The notes beneath the pieces are model-generated. The model did not search any database, was not told the origin of the DNA, and saw only the letters and a program-made list of their open reading frames with translations. The position numbers and the translations under genes are program-made. Below are positions 12,773-24,781 of a stretch of 64,000 bases of DNA, one piece after another. Position 1 is the stretch's first letter. Every line of letters starts with the position of its first letter. This DNA is from Camelus ferus (taxonomy: Eukaryota), in NCBI RefSeq assembly GCF_009834535.1, contig NC_045697.1, positions 101,186,001 to 101,250,000 on the forward strand. The letters run 5' to 3'.

Positions 12773-13288
12773 TGACCAAGAGGCCTTAACATTCTCCTCA
12801 GCTTCACTAAACTTCAGATGGTTTCTTTCTCATGAGAGTCTCCTGATCTCTTTTTCCTTAGAGGATTTACTTTAGAAAACTTGTAACTGTAAATTCTTTC
12901 TCTGCCTCTTTGATGTGTAAATCTTCACCCAGGTTCTTGCCAGTTTTACAACTCAGGACTGTCTTTTCCAAGAACCTGGGGACCATCCTTTTAAGATGGA
13001 ATCATTAAGAATGATAGTGCCCCTCTCACCCAGCCTCTGTGAGAGGGTAGCAGCCTAACTTCCATAGCATCAGTTAGCAACCACAGACGGCCTCATCACA
13101 CTGCTCATGGACCAGCCTGCCCCCGAATGTCCTCCAGTACTTTTCTACCAGCTCACCACAGTGCTTAAATGCTCTTCCAGCCCTTTGTTTCAATGAAGTT
13201 GAATTTAATTTCTCTTCCCTGTTGCACTAGTCTTTATCAAAGTCTTCCTTGCCTGTTTAACTTCACCCAATGCAACTGCTCTTTGACA
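12773..13288 (+). mobile_element. Complete ERV1-class solo LTR (MER89/MER90-like)
   Basis: TG...CA termini (tgaccaagaggccttaac ... ctctttgaca) with imperfect 4-bp TSD accc/acca. Homologous to the fragment at 5290-5452. Confidence 0.85.
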
Positions 13289-13376
13289 ACCACTGTAAAG
13301 CACTTCAACCATAACACAGTGGTGGTAATAGGTGTGATGAGTAAAATATTCAATAAAATTTCTTGCCTCTATCAAC

Positions 13377-13586
13377 CAGTACTTCTCAACCAATAGCAAT
13401 TTTGCCAAACAGGGAACATTTGATAAAGTCCAGAGACATTCTTGGTTGTCACAATTAGGGAGGAAGAGAAGGGGGAGGTTTGCTTTTGGCATCTAATGCG
13501 TAGAGATCAGGGATGCTGTTAATCATTTTACAATGTATAAGGCAGCCCCTCAAAAAATGTTAATAATGCATGGCTGAGAAAACCTG
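13377..13586. mobile_element. MER20 (hAT-Charlie MITE)
   Basis: cagtacttctcaacc...caattttgcc...gagacattcttggttgtcacaa...ggcatcta...tagagatcagggatgctgttaa...gctgagaaaacctg. Confidence 0.9.
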
Positions 13587-13730
13587 GTATATAGGATCCC
13601 TTGAGCACGCTTCCTTAAGTCTCAGCCTGGTCAGGAAAATTAGGTTGTGCTAAAAAGCCTCCACCAGAATAAGTTAGATTATAGATCCTAAAAACAACAA
13701 AAGCAGGCAACTGAAAAGTAGCTACAAATA

Positions 13731-13875
13731 CAGTCATCCCTTGGTATCTACGGGGGGACTGGTTCCAGGATCCCCAAGGGCACCTGAATCTGCAGGTGCT
13801 CAAGTCCCTTATACAAGATGGCAGAGCACAGTCAGCCCTACACGATGTGGAACGCATGGATCGGAAGGTAAGCTG
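13731..13875. mobile_element. Internally deleted MER2/MER2B (Tigger MITE)
   Basis: cagtcatcccttggtatctacggggggactggttccaggatcccc...gctcaagtcccttata. TA target duplication at 13729-30 and 13876-77. Confidence 0.85.
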
Positions 13876-13989
13876 TAGCTCTGGGGAAGACTATCACTGA
13901 GAAACATGAGTAGAACCAATAACATTTACAGAATATTGAATTATTACTTTAACATGAAATGAGCCCATATTGGTGTAGGACATGGACCA

Positions 13990-14195
13990 CTGTGGCTGAG
14001 GCGCAGGGTCTGCCACTTCCTAACTGTGGCAGCGTGGCCCAGTTGTTTAATTCTCAGGCTTAGTTTTCTCCTGGGTGTGAAAGAGGAATAATAACCCCTG
14101 CTTCACAGTGTCATTGTACAGATTTAGCAAGATGACGTGCCGTCACTGAGAAGCACGGAGTCCGCCTTGCAGTAAACTCTCAGTACGTGATGATG
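13990..14195 (+). mobile_element. MIR SINE
   Basis: ctgccacttcctaactgtggc...cttagttttctc...aataataacccctgcttcacagtgtcattgtacagattta. Confidence 0.75.
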
Positions 14196-15885
14196 ACTTA
14201 CACACCGCAATAAGAAAGGAAAATAGGGACCCCAGAATTAGCTACTTAATAAACAAGCAAGGAAATAACTGATGTCTAATTAAGTCCTGAGTTCATCATT
14301 TAATATTTTGAGACCAAGCTAACTCTTCAAACACCATTATCTAAATGAGAATTTAAGATCCAAATAATCCAATTTGTGGGCTGGCTTTTGGAATCACTTT
14401 GGTCTCATAATCACATGAAGGTATTTCCCAGGAAAAATCTAATTAGATGTTTAATTAATCTGGATAGGCTAATGAACTGCCACTCTGCCATTATCTCTTT
14501 AGAGATCCATCTCAATCAATTTAGGTGCACAACAACTAATAATACAGACTGCCACCCCCTGTCACTATCTCACTGACAAAAGAAGGGCTCTTTAGTTAGC
14601 CTGTAGCCCCCTTAGAAGAATCACTAAGTTTGCAAATGCTCTCTTAATAACTGGCAAGTTAACTTAAACAGATTACCTGATTTCTTTTTCATTTACTCAA
14701 AAAGCAGTTATTGTAGCAATAATAAAGAACATACATACATTTAATCCACTTGTGACACACTGACATCATTTTATTTGGCAAGCACACAATAAAAAATTAA
14801 ACACCTTCCCTCCTCCTCCCCTTTTGCACACAGCTAGAAAATCTGTATCAGGACAAACTGACAAAGTGATTCTGTGTGGCTCAGATGTGAATGAGCTTGG
14901 TTTATTTTGTAATGTCAGCCTCTACTTCATTCTCATGAACCACATGTTGAGTAATAAACCTTAGACACTATGGCTTATTTTTATTTGTCCCACGTTTAGA
15001 GCTTCTATTATTTATATCAGTCTTGTGCTTTCTTAGCAATATGTTAAAGAGTATCTGAGTTTCCTCAAGAGCTGTATTTTAAATTTAAAAATGCATTAGA
15101 ATATGAGCAGTAAATGCGTAAAATCCCTGAAGTCTCCACTCAATAATTCACTATTAAATCAATATATAAAGAATGCTTTTAAGCCACCAAACTAAAAGAA
15201 ACTTAAAGTTGAAAAACAATGGATCTCTGCCCACCCCTAAGTTTTCTAAACTAATTTTTCCTTCAGATAGACCTGTCAGTTCCAAATTGAACTTGACTTG
15301 GTTTCTGAGATCCTGGGAAATGCGAGATATCTTGCTTCATTTTCTATTCCTATATAAAGCAGAGTTGTATTAAAATTTTCAAATTTCTTTTCTCTTTATG
15401 AGCTCCAAAGGGTACATTTTGGTTGGTTCAATATGCTATTCCTACTTTAACTTTCCATTAAGTTCATTTCTTTTTTCAATTTTACCCTAAAATTTTGAGT
15501 CAAAGAATAAAACCTTCAAAGTGCTAGTTCCCTCTAATGCACTTTTGAAAAGGGGGACAGTAAATGTAACCTCAGTGAGGTACAGACCAGGACACGATGC
15601 TAAGAAGAACTTTACAAAAAAAGATTTTTATTTTAAATTTATTAAGAGCAGGAAATCTATAAAATCACCCTTTACAATAACCCTAACAGATGATCTGCCT
15701 GACCATCCATATAAAGGGGAAAAAAGTTTATCATCTAGAAATCTTCTATAGACATCGTTTGGAAGGAACTTTTCTGTAGATTAATTAGTACCAGTTATAG
15801 ATGCTGAGTTAACAAAAGTCAGCATGTTAGTTTGTCTGGAAAACAATACCATCGTCTAAGTAGAAAAGGGGGTTAACAGTTTAAT

Positions 15886-16063
15886 CAGTAGATCACAACC
15901 TTGGTTGTACATCAGAAACACCCTGGGAGCTTTTAAACACTTGAATGCCTGGACTGCCCCCAGATCAATTATATCAGAATCTGTAGGCTGGGAACCAGAC
16001 ATCAGTATTTTTTTAAAGCTTCCTCAGGTGATTTTAATAAGCAGCCCAAGTTGAGAACCAATG
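15886..16063. mobile_element. MER5B/MER5A-type hAT MITE
   Basis: cagtagatcacaaccttggttgtacatcagaaacaccctgggagctttt...tcagaatctg...caggtgattttaataagcagcccaagttgagaaccaatg. Confidence 0.9.
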
Positions 16064-16549
16064 CTTTTAAAAAAGAAGATTTCATAACAACTGCCTCTAT
16101 AACATAGAGTTAAAAGGAATATTTAGATAGATTTTCATAATTGAAAATATAATTGTTTAGAGTATAAGAATTACCTATCTACCCCCAAACTATAATATTT
16201 AAAATAAGATTTAAAACCACTACTGAAATAGATTTTTTAATTTTTGTACTTTTTAAATGATATTCCAGCAAAACATTGGAATCATTTCCATATGTGTATA
16301 TTTGAGTTGATGCAATTTGATGTGACATAGCCATTTATAAGATTCTAAGTCAGGAATGTATATATTGCTAACTCACTGAATTGACTCTAGGTGAAACAGA
16401 AGATTCATTCACTGGTTAGGTAACATTTTTTCTCAAAAGCAGAACAGTAATATGAAATTTGGCTTAAGAATATTATAACAGAGGAAACAACTTTTTGCTC
16501 TATATATTTAATATTATAAAAAACATGACTAGTATATTAACGTCTTAAA

Positions 16550-16660
16550 AAGTAGTCAAGTGCCTTTTACATACATGGCATTGCACTAGGCCCTGTGGCT
16601 ACAAGGTGTCTGAAAAAACACAGTTCCTGCTCTCATTGACATACAGCCCAGTTGGCTGAT
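16550..16660 (-). mobile_element. L2 3' end fragment
   Basis: ggcattgcactaggccctgtggctacaagg...cagttcctgctctcattga. Confidence 0.6.
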
Positions 16661-17414
16661 TTGTAAGTCAGGCCAAAGATTTTGATCCCATCCATACATC
16701 CACCGTAAACTCAAGATAGTATTAAACATTAGTAATATATCAAATCACAAATGAAGTGCCATTTGTCCATATAACCCAGTATTTCCAGGTCACCTTGGTT
16801 GATATTCTATGTCTTTTTCTATACCCCATCTTCTAAGAGATCAGAAAAGACTGAAAATGTAAACATTACTAGTTGAGTTTGTGAAGGTTTATGCAAAAAC
16901 AAAAATAAATGGTAAATGATTCTCATATCTCCACTTCCCCCTAAATTTCTGTTCCATTCTTGCTTTCTTACCATATCTCATCACCATCATGGTGATTGTC
17001 ACAACTGTCTACTCAGAGTCTCTAATACATAACTGACAAGTATGTCTGACAGCAAAGCTATGGCACTGGAAAATTACTGTTGATCTACTTAGAATTTTTT
17101 CAGTTCTTGATTATTCTATATGTCCTTATAAAATATTTGTGCTCATTATACCGTTAGATAAGTACAAGATAAAATTACTCACAATCCACCACCATAACAA
17201 CCATATATAATATGTAATATCTTTACAACCTTTTCTTTATTAAGCTTTTTCAGTTCAAATCATCCTGAATTTAAAATTTTGCATGCAGTTCTTTAATTAT
17301 ATTCATATTATATTTTAAGAATTTTAAACTCTCATTAATAACTCTATAAAACAGATTTGAAATCGTATATGGCTGAAATTCTTAATATTACAGAGCACTT
17401 CAAGAGCCTCAGAA

Positions 17415-17735
17415 TATTAATTTAATGAGCAAATATTTATACAGTGCCTTCTATGTACCAGATATTATAGTCTAGATTCTGAAGACACAGAGCAAATAAA
17501 GACAAGATTCCTGCTCTGTGGAGCTTATATTCTAGTGGGGAGAAACAGACAATGAAAAATAAACTGATCAAAAAGATAATTTTAGGCAGTAATTCTTAAC
17601 AGTCACAGGATTTGGACTCTGGAGAGGAGGCTGGTTAGAGTGGGCAGGTGTTTGGAAAGATATCCATCTCCAAGTGGACAATGTTTGATCTGAGATTTGA
17701 ATGATAAGCAGAGATCAACCATGTGAAACTCTTAT
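17415..17735 (-). mobile_element. L2 3' end
   Basis: caaatatttatacagtgccttctatgtaccag...aagattcctgctctgtggagcttatattctagtggggagaaacagacaat...tgatctgagatttgaatgataag. Confidence 0.85.
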
Positions 17736-18513
17736 GCATATGAAAATGTAAGAAGAATGGGGTAATGCTGCCTTCCTGGAAATTCTGAATTACCTGGAAT
17801 AGATCTTCACGAAGGTACAGGCCAAGAGTGAGCTAGCCTTGAAAATGTCCCTTCCTTGAAAGCCTCGTATGGCTTCTCTTGTGTCAGATCCAATCTTCCT
17901 TTATTCTTTCATCAAAAGGTACTTAGAGGTCAATTCCTTTGTCAGATCATTCACTGATCACAGGAGAACGGGTGTGACCAAACTCCTCCCTCAACTTTCA
18001 ACTGAGCATGTAGTTAGAATTTATAATATACTTTCATTAAAATGTGTGCTGTCCTTTTTTTTTTTTTTACCATCAATTTACCATGATTTTTGACATTTCA
18101 TATTGTGTTGTTGTCATCATTGTTCTTGTCAATTTTGGAGCAGAGCTGTGTCAAGCTTGTACAAGTGATGTAGGACTGCAGTTAAAAGCATGGGTCATGG
18201 ACACGTGCAATGGTAAGATCTTACCTAAGCTACTTCGGCCAGCCACAATTCCTTATCACAGGAAATTATTATTATTATTATCACAATAATAATGTGTTTT
18301 AAAAGAAATGATTCAGAGAACTCAGCTTAGAGGCTGACACACAAGCCTTTAATACATAGGCAGGTAGAAAGAGAAACAGCATAAATGCTCACACACACAC
18401 ACACTGTCCCTTGGGATTATTTTAAATATTGCACGGATAAAGATCTTAGTACATGGTGGTGAAAATAAGACTTAGTTTAGTTATACCATATTACCCTTTG
18501 AATATTCTTTTGG

Positions 18514-19330
18514 TTTTTTTTTAACATTTTTTATTGATTTATAATCATTTTACAATGTTGTGTCAAATTCCAGTGTTCAGCACAATTTTTCAGTTATTCA
18601 TGGACATATACACACTCATTGTCACATTTTTCTCTCTGTGAGTTATCATAACATTTTGTGTATATTTCCCTGTGCTATACAGTGTAGTCTATTCTACAAT
18701 TTTGAAATCCCAGTCTATCCCTTCCCACCCTCCACCCCCCTGGTAACCACAAGTCTGTTCTCTGTCTGTGAGTCTATTTCTGTCCTTTATTTACGCTTTG
18801 TTTTTGTTTGTTTGTTTGTTTTTGTTTTTGTTTTTTAGATTCCACATATGAGCGATCTCATATGGTATTTTTCTTTCTCTTTCTGGCTTACTTCACTTAG
18901 AATGACATTCTCCAGGAGCATCCATGTTGCTGCAAATGGCATTATGTTGTCAGTTTTTATGGCTGAGTAGTATTCCATTGTATAAATATACCACCTCTTC
19001 TTTATCCAGTCACCTGTTGATGGACATTTAGGCTGTTTCCATGTTTTGGCTATTGTAAATAGTGCTGCTATGAACATTGGGGTGCAGGTGTCATCCTGAA
19101 GTAGATTTCCTTCTGGATACAAGCCCAGGAGTGGGATTCCTGGGTCATATGGTAAGTCTATTCCTAGTCTTTTGAGGAATCTCCACACTGTTTTCCATAG
19201 TGGCTGCACCAAACTGCATTCCCACCAGCAGTGTAGGAGGGTTCCCCTTTCTCCACAGCCTCTCCAGCATTTGTCATTTGTGGATTTTTGAATGACGGCC
19301 ATTCTGACTGGTGTGAGGTGATACCTCATT
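18514..19330 (-). mobile_element. Young 5'-truncated L1 (ORF2 C-terminus, 3' UTR, poly-A)
   Basis: Poly-T at the left end, an uninterrupted ORF2 frame, and a perfect 15-bp TSD attcttttggttttt (18504-18518 and 19328-19342). Confidence 0.97.
18835..19329 (-). pseudogene. C-terminal 164 aa of L1 ORF2p (Cys-rich region); not an independent gene
   Basis: [11 protein letters not shown]...[33 protein letters not shown]...[23 protein letters not shown]...[13 protein letters not shown] is canonical L1 ORF2p C-terminal sequence. Confidence 0.95.
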
Positions 19331-19462
19331 CTTTTGGTTTTTGTTTGGGGGGGGAAGTAGATAATTAGGTTTACTTATTTATTTAATAGAGGTACTGGGG
19401 ATTGAACCCAGAACCTTGTGCATGCTAAGCATATGCTTTACCATAGAGCTAGGCCCTCCCCC
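19331..19462 (-). mobile_element. tRNA-derived camelid-type SINE (vic-1-like), with its tail split by the L1
   Basis: Antisense head gaggtactggggattgaacccagaaccttgtgcatgctaagc...ccatagagctaggccctccccc. TSD ccatatta(cc/tt)ctttgaat at 18486-18503 and 19465-19482. Confidence 0.92.
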
Positions 19463-19989
19463 TGCCATATTATTCTTTGAATGACCTCTTAAAATTATTG
19501 CTTAGAAGACCACATGTGGTCTGCTGACTAAAAGAGGCTATCCAACCATTTTCACTTGGCTGAATTCTAGAAGGTGGGGTTGGGGGGACTTGAAATCCCA
19601 AACTCCATTCACTCTTGGTCACAGACAACACATCAAGTTTCAAACATAATCACAATGGGGCAAAAAGAGCTGCTAAGGGTCCTTTCGATTCTTCTCTGTT
19701 TTTCTTCTGTTCTCAAAGCCCTCATTAAGTGACTTCCTCTACACTAACACAAATATGTTCAGGGAAGACTGTCCTGAGAACCAGCCCTCTGTATTTGGAA
19801 TAGAACTCCCAAATGCAGTGGCATGACTGAGCCTTGTGTCCAAGGAAGGAAGGGAATCCAGAAAGAGACAAGAAAGATGCTTTCACACCGTACTCCTCAG
19901 AAACCCAGCACCCCACCATGATGTTACCTCAGAGTGGAGAAAAGAGGGCTGACCAGGTGGGCTTGAACCAGAAATCCCCATTTTCATGT

Positions 19990-19992
<3 letters not shown>

Positions 19993-20025
<33 letters not shown>
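19993..20025. repeat. (CA)n microsatellite, about 16 units
   Basis: Read directly from the sequence. Confidence 0.98.
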
Positions 20026-20027
<2 letters not shown>

Positions 20028-22033
20028 GTTCAAACGGTTCCATGAATGAAACAAAGCTAGAAAACCACTGAACCAGGAAATGTGGAGGTCCTTTGTGCAT
20101 TGTACTGTGATCTACAAATATTAGTTTTTAATATTATTATTGCTCTTTTTTGGTTCCTGTGAAATTTTAAATGCCTGTTTTATTGGGAGATTACTTAATT
20201 AGATAATAAATGTCAAGAAAAGGCATCATTCCCAGCCAGATTCCTTTTCGTCATTCTGTGCAATAAGCACATTTAAAATGCTTTCTAGAGGAATTCCTCA
20301 CGAGATTCATTTACTGGAGGAAGCAGGAATAGTTGACTAAACTTTTCCATCATAAATTTAATTCGCACAGGGTCAACCCAGCCGGTCATCTTTTGCAGTA
20401 AAGAAATTCACCACACTTCCTGGTTCTTATGAGGAGATTCAGGGAAATGTTCCCTGCCTCCTTTAGTTGGAAGTGAGGTTCCTAAGGATCTAAATTCAAT
20501 TACAGCAACCTGGATGTTTTAACCCCAGGTTACAGCGAAACACCAAAGGAATACTGAGAAATAATAGCAGCAGGCTTCCAGTCAAGCGTGGCATCAGTTA
20601 GAAGTCGACAGGAGAGCAGGGTCTGGGTATTTGTCTCCCTGGGTCTCTCAGTCAGGTCACTACTGGCTGGCTGTCCAGTGACTCACTTCACTCTGGATTC
20701 TCTGTCTCTCCCTTCCTCTGCCCCTAAAGACCTAGAGAAAACAATAGTTCTCTACTGTCACAATTGCCATGGCACTGAGTCACGTTTGTTATTTTCCCTA
20801 AACCCTGACCACATCTTTGTAAACAGTTCTTTCTTAAACGTTCCTCTAATCACTGCTCCAGGAATCTGAGCAGCAAATTCCTCTCTCCATCTAGTTTACA
20901 TACAACCAGACCAAAAAGATGCAGCCTAACCCTCACCATCCCCATTTTCCATCCTCTGCACAGCTGGCTCAGAAAATAAATTCCACAGCTGTCCAAAAAG
21001 AGCTCTGTCACTCCTACAACAAGCCTATGAGAAAATCATTTTTCAATGTTCTTGGTTTTTGCAAGAGAACAGGAATTCAGGTCTACAAATAGAACAGCAT
21101 TTTTATCCTAACAATAGTCATTGGGTCTATTAAAGCATCCTGAGTGTCAGGAAGCAGGCAGTAACCGACTATTCACATCGGGGGTTGGTCTCTTTGAGTT
21201 GAGTGACCTTACTGAACCTTAACTCAAGTGTCATAAATCAGACTCTTAGCCTAATTAAACACAAAAATATCTGATGCTATGCAGCTGATAACACTAGACA
21301 GTTGACTTCTTGGAACGAGGTAGTAAAATATATCCAGGAAATGCAATCCCATGGTGCAGAAAGATACCAGGTGTATCCTTGTTTTTCCTTCAATCGGATT
21401 AGTCATTCATCAGAAACAATACATTTTTATGAAAATGTTTTGGGCCCAAACAAAGACAGTGAGCATCTGGACTGACCTTAACATCTCTTCTTCAAAATAT
21501 CTCAAGCTAATCTTGTCATTTACTTTAACAGCTCACCCTGTGATGACACTAGAGATGGGTTCCATTGAAAGGGTTGTAAGAACAAGACCCTGAGTCATGC
21601 TTCAAAGGAAAAATATGGTTACTCACCCACTCTTCTCCCCTAATCCACCTTAGCAGTGCTGATAACTCTTCACTGTTCTACTCCGGGTTTCCATGTCAGA
21701 AGTCTAGCTCTATAGCTGCAGTTCAGCTACCTTGGTTAGAAGGATGCATTTCCTTTTACCATCATTTGATGTTTACAAAGTTAAATGTTTGTGGAGGTAA
21801 GGTACTCGCTGTCTTTCATACATCATCAGAAGGTGTCACAAAGGTCTTAAAATCTATAAGCATGTACAATTACCAGTTGGACAGATACAGCAAATTTCAG
21901 GCGGGAAGCCCCATAAAAAAACTGGCATGAGCCCTACGCAGGGCCGCTGCTCTCCTCCCACTAGCATCCGGTTCCCTGGCCCAGAGGCTTTATCTCACTT
22001 TTTGCCTCTAAAGCGACTTACACCTAGAATTCT

Positions 22034-22316
22034 ATTGGTTCCCTGAGGTCACTTCTGATTGGTTATTTCCCTCACTCCTGATTGGTTATTACTCTCACTT
22101 CTGATTGGTTATTACTCTCACTCCTGATTGGTTACTAATATCACTTCTGATTGGTCCACTTCCCTAACTTCTGATTGGTCCATTTGTAGTGCTTCATTTA
22201 CATGGAGCTCACTCCTGATTAGTCTATTTCTACAAAGCTTGTTCCTGGTTGGTCAACTTCTGTTGTACTTTATTTGCATATGATGTTGCAAAGTGTAAAA
22301 CTGGCAGCCTATAAAA
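22034..22316 (+). promoter_or_regulatory. LTR U3 promoter: 7 inverted CCAAT boxes, octamer and TATA box
   Basis: ATTGG at 22034, 22058, 22081, 22104, 22127, 22150 and 22174; ATTTGCAT at 22272-22279; TATAAAA at 22310-22316. Activity is not demonstrated. Confidence 0.6.
22049..22185 (+). repeat. About six tandem 23-24-bp units (tcact[t/c]ctgattggttattactc-like)
   Basis: Units start at 22049, 22072, 22095, 22118, 22141 and 22165; each contains CTGATTGG. Confidence 0.95.
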
Positions 22317-22939
22317 GGCCTGTGTAAACCTACAGACGGGGTCCAGAGCTTGAAGTGTTAACTCTTCTGGGCCCGCTGGTGTAATAAACCTGAGTTCTCC
22401 AACTCTCCGGGTGCTGCTTGGTCTCTCGCCCCGATACAGGTTGCTGTCACAACTGAGCTGTAACACCGAGCTGTAACACATTTTTCTGCAACATTTTGAC
22501 ATCTCTGAATTACAGTTTCATAGAAAAATGGCTAGAGATGGGTGTATAATACATTGACCGATTTCAGCAGTAAGCATTTGGGGAATCTCTTGGGGGTACT
22601 TCTGGTCTGGCAGGAAGCAATGACCAAGACCAAAGGTTAAAAGACAGGAATTGTAGATCTTACTTTTCTAATTATAACACTGCCACTTTTTTGGTGTCAG
22701 AACTCCAATACTACAGAATGACAATTATCTGTATGACCTGGCTTGCAGAGTGACTGGCATTTTTAAAAAGTGATTTATATGTATACACAGTAATATCCAA
22801 AAAGTTTTTGCTACTTCACCTTGCTGAATTCAGTTAGAAATTTTGAAATAATTGAGAACCTCATTGTTCTGAAACAAAGTCAAGATACCGTGTTTCTTTC
22901 AAATTACACATGCTCTTTCTTTTCCTCCCTACCTCTAAG

Positions 22940-23470
22940 GTCAACTCCTTTAATGATCATCAACTTCTAGAATGCACACACTCACATAGTTCTCTCCCAC
23001 ACTGATCAGGGCTGACCTGCGTATCTGATAAGATATTCTGAAATGGTAGTATGATTTCCAAGGTTAGTTCATAAAAGCCATTTGGCTTCTGCTCATTCTC
23101 GTTATCACTTGCTCTGGGAGAAATCAGCTAGGACATGAAGAGGACACTCAAGTAGCTCCATGGAACAGCCCACATGATGAGGAACTGAGGCCTCCTACCG
23201 AGAGCCAGCACCAACTGCCCGCATGTGATTAAGACATCCCAGAAGCAGATCTTTACACCCCACTCAAGCCTTCAGATGAATGCAACTCCAACTGACATCT
23301 TGACTGTAACCTCATGAGAGATCCCAAGCCAGAATCATTCAGCTTAGCTGCTTCCAAACTGGATCCATAGAAACTGTGTGAGATAATAAATGTTTGCTGG
23401 TATAAGCCACAAAGGTTTTGGGGGGTGGCATAGAAGGGTAATTTGCTATATAGCAATACATAACTAAAAT
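22940..23470 (+). mobile_element. MaLR LTR (MLT1F/MLT1G-like)
   Basis: gaggaactgaggcctcct...aagccttcagatgaatgcaactccaactgacatcttgactgtaacctcatgagagatccc...agaaactgtgtgagataataaatgtttg...tttgctatatagcaatacataactaa. Confidence 0.9.
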
Positions 23471-24781
23471 ACTATTTATGCTGATTTTCTGTTCTATACA
23501 AGGTTTACCTTGAATGTACATATATTCTTTCCCCCAAACCCAACACACACACCCATTGTTCGAGCAAGCCCTCCACACAAGAGGATGGCAAAGTATCTAG
23601 GAACAACAGGAGGATATGCACACTTCGATAACAACATAATTTTAAACACTTAATGCTCTAAGATCTACGTGTTACACCTGTACAAACACTGAAGGTCTAC
23701 CTGGAAAAAAAATGTCCTCATCCAAGAAATTGTTTACAAAAATAAATACTACATGTTTGATCTTCATAAGGTATATAACTCTAATTTATTTATAACACAG
23801 TAGATTATTTCATTGTCTTACAGCAGCATAAGTGGAATACTGGTGACATCATTTTATTACCCAGACAGTTATAAGTAGCGAGTTAATGTCCTGCCATTAA
23901 CGCCTGTTCGCCTCAGGAACTGAGTCATATTATCTCAGCTGATAGTGAAACAAGTGAGTTACATGGTTTAGAGGGATATCTTGCTGAAATACTCCTGGGA
24001 TCTAGCAGTGCAGTTAAACCAAGTATGAGTTTCTTCAGCTGCAGAAAAATTTCAAACAATCATTAACTGGTCCTTTGCTATGAGTCATGATGACATTATA
24101 CAAAGAGTGCTGAAGAACTAATAATTACCAGAAGCACCCAAAGCAGGTAATATATCATTCTTCCCCACCTGCCTTCTACTCCATATAAAATCAGTTTGTC
24201 ATTAGCATTTCAGGTCAATATTAAAGTATAATAAAATTAGAGAAAATACACACTTACTGTTAATATCACTATATTTCCAAGACTAACACGACAAAACAGA
24301 TGAAAACTCACATCTCTAAGAACTTTTGCTATCTGTAGAAGTTTTTAGTAAAACCACTTAAAACCTGTTTTCAGTATTAGACTCCAATATAGTAACAGAC
24401 CCGAAAACACAGATTACTTCAGTAGTATGGATGTGAATTTCTCTTAGGAAAACCAGAATTCTAAATTAAACTAAACTATATTAATATTGAATTCTACTGC
24501 AAGTGAGGTTTTATTGTATACAAATTTAGTTTCTGCAAAGGGCAGAAATTTTCTTTTATATGAGTCTATAAAACAGTTTTTAGAGCTGTAAGAATTATAC
24601 CAAAATGGAAAATTTGAAAGGAATGAGATTCAGATATTTTATCCTCAAACAGCAGCAGAATTTTACCAAACAGGAAATGGCATAAAAGGTAATGGTTATG
24701 GAATAGGAATTACAAAATGCTGTTCTGAAACACTCAAATGAGTTAACTCCTTAACTCTTGGTACTAGATGTCACATATCTA

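Larger units (their letters stand above)
21878..22478 (+). mobile_element. Well-preserved ERV solo LTR (ERV1-like) with a tandem CCAAT array
   Basis: TG...CA termini, imperfect TSD cagt/catt, TATAAAA 22310-22316, AATAAA 22383-22388, and duplicated gagctgtaaca (22455-65, 22468-78). The 5' boundary is less certain than the 3'. Confidence 0.88.

Noticed and set aside
17790..18002. Purine-rich minus-strand stretch ending in CAG|GTAATT
   Set aside because: Stops in all frames, weak acceptor and no recognisable peptide.
21532..21575. Possible 44-nt plus-strand exon (tttaacag| ... |gtaaga)
   Set aside because: Weak exonic donor context and polypyrimidine tract; such pairs are common by chance.
22049..22185. 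Regularly spaced 23-bp repeats resembling a CRISPR array
   Set aside because: Units are head-to-tail with no unique spacers, lie inside an LTR U3 in mammalian DNA, and have no cas genes nearby.
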